This document shows positions 25,242 to 33,818 of a DNA stretch of 64,000 bases, in pieces. The notes beneath the pieces are model-generated. The model saw only the letters and a program-made list of their open reading frames with translations, was not told the DNA's origin and searched no databases. The stretch covers positions 608,001 to 672,000 of the forward strand of contig JAYQLI010000035.1 in NCBI GenBank assembly GCA_038143065.1, in the 5' to 3' direction. A program made the position numbers and the translations under genes. The DNA is from Rhodospirillales bacterium. Its GTDB lineage: Bacteria > Pseudomonadota > Alphaproteobacteria > Bin95. The first letter of the stretch is position 1; every line of letters begins with the position of its first letter.

Positions 25242-25925
25242 TTATTCAAACTTTCTAAAGCCCGTAGCTACAAGGTACATTTCAGCGGAATCAGAGCGGC
25301 TAGCTGGCGGCTTAGCGTGCTTAACTTCTGAAAAATCCTTTTTTAAAAGATCCAATAATTCACTTGGCGCACCGCCTTGAAAAACCTTTACGGCGAATGT
25401 CCCACCTGTCCCAAGTAATTGGGCAGCTACATCATAAGCAGCTTCGGCCAATGCTCCGATGCGAAGCTGGTCAGTGCGCTTATGACCTGTGGTAGAGGGC
25501 GCCATGTCGGATAAAACAGCATCAGCTAGACCGCCAAGAGCCTGGGATATTTTGCCAACCGCCTCATCCGAAAAGATATCTAACTTCAGGATTGTAGCTC
25601 CATCGATTGGATCTACATCCTGTATGTCGACCCCAACAACAGAGCCTCCATTAAGCCTTTTAGCGATTACCTGAGTCCAACCACCCGGAGCACACCCAAG
25701 ATCAACGAACCGACCATTGGGAGATAAAATATTAAAACGAGTATCAAGTTCTGAAAGCTTGAACGCAGCCCTGCTCCTATATCCCTCTATCTGCGCCTTT
25801 TGAACGTAGGGGTCATTGAGTTGCCTCTGCAACCAACGGGCGGATGCATTTGATCGCCCGCGTGCGGTTCTAACTCGAGTTGCTAGCATTCGTGAACCAT
25901 CACCACGCCGGTTTCCTCTAGCCAT
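25242..25925 (-). CDS. rlmE: 23S rRNA Um2552 methyltransferase
   Basis: WLQRQLNDPYV, YRSRAAFKL, DLGCAPGGW and KPPASR; start taken at MARGNRR. Confidence 0.95.
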   Translation of the reverse strand: MARGNRRGDGSRMLATRVRTARGRSNASARWLQRQLNDPYVQKAQIEGYRSRAAFKLSELDTRFNILSPNGRFVDLGCAPGGWTQVIAKRLNGGSVVGVDIQDVDPIDGATILKLDIFSDEAVGKISQALGGLADAVLSDMAPSTTGHKRTDQLRIGALAEAAYDVAAQLLGTGGTFAVKVFQGGAPSELLDLLKKDFSEVKHAKPPASRSDSAEMYLVATGFRKFE

Positions 25926-26287
25926 TAGTTTCCTAAATCCTGAGTAATTGGCGGGATTCAGATGAAGATCATTATCATCACAGGCCGCCAGAAGACATAC
26001 TACTTTTGAACAGCCCGTCTGTTTTTCACACGACATGGACCAACCCATCAACAAGATAACGTTTCTCATGCCTGTGCTCGTTGATAATGGAGCTAGAACC
26101 AAAAAGACCTCCAAATCCATACTCACTGTCACTTTTGGTTCTTGCAAGTTTTCGTAATTTCCAAAATAGGGCAGTCATAAATTGTTTGCGAAAATTACAG
26201 TCGGCTTGCGCTTGGCTATACCATCGTTTCCTCGGGTACAAAAGCATAGATCAAAATGAAAAATCCCATAGAATCAAAGGTTAAATA

Positions 26288-26302
26288 TTCACATTTTGTG
26301 AA
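26288..26302. promoter_or_regulatory. Perfect palindrome TTCACA-N3-TGTGAA upstream of the cytochrome cluster (candidate operator)
   Basis: Inverted repeat seen ~76 nt before ATG 26378; its function is inferred only. Confidence 0.35.
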
Positions 26303-26377
26303 GTAACGAGCTTTCGTCCTAGGCAGATGGGTGTTAAGCTTATGCGCAAATTTGAATCTTAGTGATGGAAACGCGCC

Positions 26378-27262
26378 ATGAGACTCTCATTTTCCACTTT
26401 AGTGTTGGCTGGCCTGTTAGGGATCATGTCATTGACATCTACAGGTGCGATTGCTGCTAGCAATGTAGGTCCAAAAAAATGTCAAGAATGCCATCGAGCT
26501 GAGCATGATGTATGGAAAGGTAGCGCGCATTTTAAGGCTTTCCGAGGTGCTCACAAAGCGAAAGGTGCTAAGGAAATAGCCAAAGCATCAGGTGGCGGCA
26601 AATCAATGAGACGAAACCAGGTGTGTGTGGCATGCCATTACACCGAAGTAGGCGGAAAGCCAAAAGCAGGCCCTTCTTGTGAGAGCTGTCATGGCGGCGC
26701 CTCAGAGTGGCTTTCGATACACAATGATAAAGCAATGCCGAAAGAGCAACGATTAGCTGCTGCTAAGGACGCTGGGATGATTCATTCCTCAATGCTTTTT
26801 GAAATTGCTCAAAATTGTAATGGCTGCCACACAATGCAGAATGTAGACCCTGCAATGGCTGGGAAACTCATTGATGCTGGCCATCCTATCAATGGTGATT
26901 ACGAGTTAGTTAAGTATAGCCAAGGTCAAGTTCGGCATCGTTTCTACCCTCCTGACGTCACCGTAAACCAAGAAATGTCGAAGTCCGAATTGGCTAATAT
27001 GTTTCTAACAGGTCATGCTGTTGGTCTGGTTTATGCGACTAACGGTATCGCTAAGTCCGATAATGCCAAGTACAAGGCCGAAATGCAGAAGCGGGTAGAT
27101 GCAGCCACCAAGGCTCTAGGAGCAGTAAAAGATCAAATTCCTGCTGCTAATAAGCTTCTATCAAGCCCTAACGAAGGTAATGCTAGAAGTTTTATTACTG
27201 AAATCACTGGTAAAGATCTATCAGCCGCAGTAGGTGCGATGTTGCCCAGCAGCTACAAGTAA
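26378..27262 (+). CDS. Periplasmic tetraheme c-type cytochrome (cytochrome c554-like N-domain plus helical C-domain)
   Basis: Sec signal ending AIA; CQECH, CVACH, CESCH and CNGCH. Confidence 0.9.
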   Translation: MRLSFSTLVLAGLLGIMSLTSTGAIAASNVGPKKCQECHRAEHDVWKGSAHFKAFRGAHKAKGAKEIAKASGGGKSMRRNQVCVACHYTEVGGKPKAGPSCESCHGGASEWLSIHNDKAMPKEQRLAAAKDAGMIHSSMLFEIAQNCNGCHTMQNVDPAMAGKLIDAGHPINGDYELVKYSQGQVRHRFYPPDVTVNQEMSKSELANMFLTGHAVGLVYATNGIAKSDNAKYKAEMQKRVDAATKALGAVKDQIPAANKLLSSPNEGNARSFITEITGKDLSAAVGAMLPSSYK

Positions 27263-27428
27263 GGTTTTTAGGGAATTAACCTAGTGCCTCTTATTAAACG
27301 CGAGCTCAAGACCTTAAAACCAAGCTGCAGGTTACCTTTAGTTTTGGGATTTTGTCTTACTGTTGAGGGATCCGGAAAAATATTTGTTAGTTCGCATCAT
27401 CACAGCTTAGGATCTAAAGGAGGACGGG

Positions 27429-29069
27429 TTGGCAGTTGCAACTAGGTTAACAAGGCCTCAACGCTGGGACAGGCCTTTTGACCCTGCGATGTCGCAGAGT
27501 CGACTAGATTTGTTGATGCAGAATTCTGTTATTGATGCGATAGATTCTGAAGCTTTCCCTAAGACAATTCCTCTATCGGGAATTATCGAAAATGATACTA
27601 GATTATTACAATTTTCGGCCGGAGAAATTGTTGTACGTGAAGGGGACTATGGAAATTCAGCTTTTTTGGTACTTTCCGGTAAGGTTCAGGTTGTAATTAA
27701 TCCTCCGCTATCTGCAGAACAAATTGGACGGGAAAACACACCTCCATCTCGATTTAGCAACGCTGTCGCTCAAATATTTAGACGCAGAACGGCACCTGAA
27801 GTTCGTGACCTCAATCGTTATGGACAATTAGGTCTTTCAAACTCGGATCAAACTTCGAATTCAGATAAACAGGCTGTTTTCCTTCAAGATTTTCCGATGA
27901 TATTAAGGGATAGAGACACGGCCGAAATTGGAGAAGGAAGTCTTTTTGGAGAGCTTGCTGCTCTTGGGCGTACACCCCGGTCGGCTTCAATTATTTGCAG
28001 TGAAGACGCTGAACTTTTGGAAATTCGCTGGCAAGGCCTCAGGGAATTACGCAGATTTGATGCTGGATGGCGTCGCCAAATAGACGAAAATTACAGGAAA
28101 AATGCTCTTTTAGCGCACCTTCAGGATACCCCTCTTTTCTCAAAGCTTTCGTCGGAGACTCTCGCTACGATAGCATCAGCTACATTATTTGAGACATATG
28201 GGTCTTTTGATTGGAGTTCTTCTTTTCAGCGGTCTGGAGCAGAAGATGCCCTGCGCAGCGAGCCCGTTATTGCTCGAGAAGGTGAGTATCCCGATGGCCT
28301 ACTCTTAGTGAGAGCAGGTTTTGCGAGAGTTTCCGTCAAGCAAGGTTCTGGGGAGCGAACGCTAACATACTTGGGAGCTGGGGACACATTTGGACTGCAT
28401 GAGTTATATCACGGCTGGCAGGGCTCAGAAGCGCTAAATGGAACAACTCTTAGAGCAATAGGCTATGTAGATGCTCTGAGGGTCCCAACCCACATTCTAG
28501 AGGAACATGTTTTCCCTACGCTTTTATCTGCACCTGACAGTCTTCTAGATTTTGCGCGACGTCCGTTAGCGGAAGACGCAATGCAAGAATGGTTAGTTGA
28601 GCAACGGTTCATCAACGGAACAAAAGGTATGCTCATTAACCTCGATAAGTGCGTGAGGTGCGATGATTGTGTGCGTGCGTGTGCCTCTACGCATGACGGG
28701 AACCCTAGATTTATCCGACACGGTAAGACTCACGATCACTGGATGGTAGCAAACGCCTGTATGCATTGTGCTGATCCAGTTTGCATGATCGGGTGCCCAA
28801 CCGGGGCGATCCATCGATCACTTACTGGAGGATCCGTTGTCATAAATGACGATACATGTATCGGTTGCGGAACGTGCGCTAATTCTTGTCCCTACAATAA
28901 CATTAGATTGGTGGAAATTAGAGATTTAGCAGGTCGGCCTGTTCAGGATGAAGCAACCGGAACACCAATCCGCAAAGCGACAAAATGTGATTTATGCTCA
29001 GGAATTCCAGGCGGCCCTGCATGTGAACGGGCCTGTGCTCATGGCGCGCTACAGCGTGTTAGTTTTTAG
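27429..29069 (+). CDS. Tandem cyclic-nucleotide-binding domains fused to a DmsB/NrfC-like 4x[4Fe-4S] ferredoxin
   Basis: GEIVVREGDYGNSAFLVLSG...FGELAALGRTPRSASI (cNMP-1); second cNMP domain IAREGEYPDGLLLVRAGF; CVRCDDCVRAC, CMHCADPVCMIGC, CIGCGTCANSC and CDLC...C...C; AAGGAGG RBS; no signal peptide. Confidence 0.9.
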   Translation: MAVATRLTRPQRWDRPFDPAMSQSRLDLLMQNSVIDAIDSEAFPKTIPLSGIIENDTRLLQFSAGEIVVREGDYGNSAFLVLSGKVQVVINPPLSAEQIGRENTPPSRFSNAVAQIFRRRTAPEVRDLNRYGQLGLSNSDQTSNSDKQAVFLQDFPMILRDRDTAEIGEGSLFGELAALGRTPRSASIICSEDAELLEIRWQGLRELRRFDAGWRRQIDENYRKNALLAHLQDTPLFSKLSSETLATIASATLFETYGSFDWSSSFQRSGAEDALRSEPVIAREGEYPDGLLLVRAGFARVSVKQGSGERTLTYLGAGDTFGLHELYHGWQGSEALNGTTLRAIGYVDALRVPTHILEEHVFPTLLSAPDSLLDFARRPLAEDAMQEWLVEQRFINGTKGMLINLDKCVRCDDCVRACASTHDGNPRFIRHGKTHDHWMVANACMHCADPVCMIGCPTGAIHRSLTGGSVVINDDTCIGCGTCANSCPYNNIRLVEIRDLAGRPVQDEATGTPIRKATKCDLCSGIPGGPACERACAHGALQRVSF

Positions 29070-29080
29070 AAGGAAACGCT

Positions 29081-29908
29081 GTGGTGCACACCCCTAAATC
29101 AACTTTATCGTTTGGATTGACCTTTTCTCTTGTTGCCGTGTTATGCCTTATAGGTCTAGCCTATTTTTCTCACCAGGAAATGTTGAACCTAAGTGACGCC
29201 TCTTTTGTGACTGTCTGGATACTTCTTGGGATAATGTTTTCACTAGGTATTTTTAATATACGAAAACGTATGTCAGCTCTTCCTCTAGGGCGAGCCGCTT
29301 ACTGGCTGACGTTGCATGTAGTGCTAGGTTTCTTTGCAGTCGGCACATTTCTTGTTCATACTAATTATGTTTGGCCTACCGGAGTATATGAACAGCTGTT
29401 GGCTAGTCTTTTCTGGCTCACAGCAGTCTCAGGGATGTTAGGTTGGCTGTATCAGAGAGCGATACCGCGGCGGCTATCCAGAATCGGGTATGAAGTTATC
29501 TTTGAGCGCGTCCCTGCTGAAATTGCACATCTTCGTGAAGAAGCAGAAGCGGCTGCTCTTGAAGCAGTAGGTAACAGTGGTGAACCAACCTTGGGCCGTT
29601 TCTACTCAGAAACATTAGATTGGTTTTTTCAGCGCCCACGTTTTGCCATATCGCATCTCTTGGGAACTGGTGCTGCTGCTCATTGGCTAGAGCATCGTAT
29701 CGCTGCTGTACGAAGATTGTTAGGTTCTGCCGAACTAAAAGCACTTGATGAAATCGAAAAAATAGCTCAACTAAAGATTTCAGTAGATGCTCACTATGCA
29801 ATTCAACGATCACTCAAACTTTGGGTTTTTGCGCACGTTTTGCTGACTTCAGCAACCCTCTCATTGTCTGTTTGGCATCTCATTTTGGTTCATGTGTACG
29901 CTAGATGA
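29081..29908 (+). CDS. Inner-membrane protein, predicted diheme cytochrome b (ferric-reductase-like)
   Basis: About 5 hydrophobic segments; two H-x13-H pairs (HVVLGFFAVGTFLVH and HVLLTSATLSLSVWH). Confidence 0.7.
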   Translation: MVHTPKSTLSFGLTFSLVAVLCLIGLAYFSHQEMLNLSDASFVTVWILLGIMFSLGIFNIRKRMSALPLGRAAYWLTLHVVLGFFAVGTFLVHTNYVWPTGVYEQLLASLFWLTAVSGMLGWLYQRAIPRRLSRIGYEVIFERVPAEIAHLREEAEAAALEAVGNSGEPTLGRFYSETLDWFFQRPRFAISHLLGTGAAAHWLEHRIAAVRRLLGSAELKALDEIEKIAQLKISVDAHYAIQRSLKLWVFAHVLLTSATLSLSVWHLILVHVYAR

Positions 29909-31973
29909 CTGATACAACAAACCGATACGATCACGATAGCTCGCCTTATGAACGACCTAATCTTCCCTTCCGCTGTGGGCGAGAGGCGGCGTTTGGGAAA
30001 CCATGCCCCAGAGGGCCCACTCTTAATGGAGCTTGTCAAGGGATCTCAGACTGTACCCCGTTTCAAACGAGAAAATCAGTAGTAGACGAAGAGACTGGCG
30101 AACAACGTGAAATATTACGCTGGGAGTGCCGGAGACCCACATGGGCAGGAGGCCCTTGCTCACAAGGCCCTAAACCGGATGGAACTTGTTCTTGTACCCA
30201 CCCACCCTGCGCGCCTCGCCCCACCATCCGTCGTCAACGTGGACGATGGGCTCTTTTGGCTGTAGCTGCGGTTTTTGCCCTTGCCATTGCACTAATGGGT
30301 TTTGGAGGTGCACCTACGCTACCAAGTTCTATCGATCCCGGACAGCTATCTGGTAAACACGCCCAATTTACGGCAGCTGAGGGTTGCGTGGCATGTCATG
30401 ACAGCCATTCCACCTCGCTCGTTGGATGGGTAGGAGCGGTATTTAGTAAAAATACAATTTCTGACTCCTGTGTTTCATGCCATTCCTTTGGTAAAGAACC
30501 GGTTATTGGAAATGAGCCTTCGAAAAATGCCTTGTTGTTCGCAGCCCATAACTGGAATTTTCCAAATAATCCCGATGCGCTAGCCACTAATTGTCAGGGC
30601 TGCCATACAGAGCATAAGGGTGAACTAGCATCGATTACGCCGTTGGTAGATGGTCAGTGTGCGGGTTGCCATACTGAAAAATTTGACAATTTTTCAAAAG
30701 GACATCCTGAGTTCTCAAATACTTTCCCCAATCAAAATCCGCGCACAATAAAATTTTCTCACAGTAATCACTTAGAAGAGTATTTCGCAGATAGTCGTTA
30801 CAAAGAGCTGGCGCCTAAAGAAAATTGTGTGTCATGCCACACTAAACAGGAAAATGGACGACTGTTACCCGGGAGTTTTGATACTGGGTGTGCTGGTTGT
30901 CATGAGCAAGCCATTCGAGAACAAGGCTTTGCTGTAATTGGTTTGCCTGAACTCAGTGATCCTACACTAACAGCAGATGGCGCTGAAACATGCGGTTTCT
31001 CCCAGGCAGAAATAGAGCCTGCAAAAACTCTAATAAGTGCAATTTCTGACTCTATAAGTTCACTTAATTCAGTATCGGAAGCATTTGAAAGAAATAACTC
31101 CTCAGATCTCCAAACAGCGGTAACTGCAGCCGCAGATACCGCGGACGCGCTCGCTGAAACTAAAACTGAACTTGAGGAGGCTTTTGATCGAGAAGAAGCA
31201 GTTTCGCTGGAATACCTTCCCGAAGTTTTATCATATCTTTTAAAACATCCTTCAGATGATTTAGACGCTTACAGCGAGGATGTTGCAAGCCTGCTAATTG
31301 AGCTTGCTCAAAATGGATATGAACCTCTATCGGAATTGCTCGAAGCGACGGGAGGCTCCGCGAACAATCTTTTGGCGGGTCTCTCTGATGAGCTCGTACA
31401 GCGTGTGGTCTGTGCCTGGACCGCTAACCAGGAATACGAAGCACTTAGAGATCCAGAACCAGGTAAAGGCTGGCAAGCCAGCCCTTATCAAATCAGTTAC
31501 ATGCCGACTGGTCACTCGGATAGCGTTGTTAGAAATTGGATTGAATTTTCTCTTAGTGAGGAGGTTCGTGAGAGTGATTTGGGAAATCAAATTACTGAAA
31601 AAATGCTTCATCCTGCGGATGGACCAGGACGCTGCTTTAAGTGCCATGTTGCCCCGGTATCAGAATCTTCTTTACCGACCGTATCTTGGAAAATTCCCAG
31701 TGAAGACCTGCGACCTTTCACCGAGTTTAATCATACCCCTCACTTGAATGTCTTAAACGTTGGTTCGGGCTGCGCGACTTGCCATCAAAGCGTGGAAACT
31801 TCAAAAGTTACCTCTGGAAAAGAAAAAAAAATTCTCCTTCACACCCTAAAGAATTTGGACCAATTAAAAAATCTGTTTGTAGCGATTGCCATAAAGAAGG
31901 TGGTGTGCAACAAACCTGTGTAACTTGTCATCAATATCATACCGAGCCAACTATCAGAAAACGACAAAATTAA
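29905..31973 (+). CDS. Membrane-anchored decaheme c-type cytochrome with N-terminal Cys-repeat domain (frameshift in A9 run 31823-31831)
   Basis: 8 CxxCH in ORF 29905-31923 plus CSDCH and CVTCH in overlapping ORF 31779-31973; one TM at aa ~115-133; ATGA overlap with the upstream gene. Confidence 0.88.
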
Positions 31974-31984
31974 GGAACGACGAC

Positions 31985-33744
31985 ATGACGAACCAGAGCT
32001 GCCCATTGCAGCTGGCCCGCCACTTTGCCGCCGCTTTTCTTACACTCTTACTGATCCTGCCCAGCTCACAAAGTCTGGCAGAAAAGAGTGTGTCTGATCC
32101 TCACGCAGATGTATTTGCTGAAGAGAATTATCCAACTGCTGCGCAATGTGGGACCTGTCATAAACAGATCTACAGAGAGTGGGCGTCAAGCAATCATGCT
32201 TACTCATCTATTTCTCCCATGTTCCATAAATTTGAACAGAAGATTAACGATCTTTCGAGCGGTACAATTCGCGCATTTTGCGTTCGGTGCCATCAACAAG
32301 TTGGAACTCAGCTCAACGAACGTCGAGACTTACCTCTTTGGGAGCGGAGCCAGATTGCGCGTGAAGGTGTAACGTGCATCACCTGTCACCGAGTGCAAGA
32401 TCAGTTTTACAAGGTAAATGGTGAACGCCATATCGTGCCAGGGCCCATTTATTCTAAAGTCACTGGTGTTGGTGAAGGAGAAACACTTCAAAAGATTATT
32501 GATAACCGCGACGAGTACCGCGTATCCGCCAGCCCCGACGAGCGTGGCGCGCAAATTCATACCGGCATTTACAAGTTTGATCAGATTAACAAGTCCGAGT
32601 TCTGTGTGTCTTGTCACCAAGTTGCCGTGAACCCAGGAATTAAACTTGAGGTTGTTTGGGACCAATATCGAAACTCCCCTGCCGCAGCTGCAGGCGTTAC
32701 CTGTCAAGATTGTCATATGGGTAAAGTACCAGGCCGAGCTGATGGTTATGAAACGGCTCCGGTAGCCATTGTTAATGGTGAGGAGATCGATCCAGACCGC
32801 AAACACTCAAATCACGCCTTTTACGGTCCAGGATACCCAATAGCACATCCTGGAATTTTCCCCCATAATCCTGACGCGGCTGAAATTCCAATCGAAGATT
32901 GGCTGCAATTTGACTATCGAGCAGGCTGGGGTTCACCAGAATTTGAAGAAAAAGTGGATGCTGGAGAAATCAGTGAAGATATCTTCCCAGATGCATGGGC
33001 AGACGTTGTTGATCGTGAAGAGGCGTATGAAATTATCCAGGAGAACATTGAACTTCTAGAAGAAAAACGTGAACTTCGTCGACAAGTAATGGAGAATGGT
33101 TCACGTGTAGACGGTCCGTTTTTTGCAAGTGCACCTAGATCCGGCTCATCCATGAGCTTTAAGATTAAAGTTACAAATACCGACGATGGGCATAACCTTC
33201 CATCGGGTTCTCTGGGAGCACAGCCTGAAATCTGGCTCAATGTAGCGGTGGTATCCCCATCTGGTAAGACGGTGTAGGAATCAGGTTATGTAGATAGCAT
33301 CGGCGACATGGCCGACAATCACTCCTAGATGTGGCGGCAGGCACAATTGATCACGACAATCAGTTGTTCAATCTGCAAACAAAATTCCTCTTCACCAATG
33401 TAAAAGGAACAGATAGGGAATGGTATCTTCCTATCAACGTAGATATTGACCAATTACCGTTCATACGACCACCAAATGTACCTACAACAATCCTGAACCA
33501 CCCTCCCTTCATTAGAATGGAAGGTCGCTCAATCCCGCCTCTTGGGGTACGAGACGCCAACTTTAGAGTGCCCTCAAGCGCTATGGTTGAGAAAGGCACA
33601 TACAAAATGGCAATCAGAATGCGTAGTCGTGCTGAGCCAATGTATTTCATGCGTTTCGTCGAAGCTACGCCTGAGATGGAAGAAGCCATGAATGAGTGGA
33701 TGTTAGATTTCCACGCCTACACCGTCGAATTCGACGTCAAGTAG
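31985..33744 (+). CDS. Periplasmic pentaheme c-type cytochrome with heme-free C-terminal domain (internal TAG at 33275, frameshift ~33325)
   Basis: Signal peptide ending SLA; CGTCH, CVRCH, CITCH, CVSCH and CQDCH; GHNLPSG; the frame continues past TAG (ESGYVDSIGDMADNHS) and joins ORF 33331-33744 with one extra base. Confidence 0.85.
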
Positions 33745-33818
33745 ATTGTTGAGATGCTTTCATTCAAACATTTTAATTGGTTAACCTCAGTCCATTTCTA
33801 TATAAAGGGGCTAAATCC

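Noticed and set aside
25926-26147. N-terminal extension of RlmE in the ORF track, or a ppx remnant
   Set aside because: The extension resembles no RlmE, and I could not recover convincing Ppx motifs by eye.
26378-27262. Ammonia-oxidiser cytochrome c554 (cycA) or hao cluster
   Set aside because: No octaheme HAO, cycB or amo genes in the window; the protein has an extra C-terminal domain and sits in an otherwise heterotrophic gene context.
33275-33277. Pyrrolysine or genome-wide TAG reassignment
   Set aside because: TAG terminates several genes here, no pyl genes are in the window, and a single TGG>TAG error explains it.
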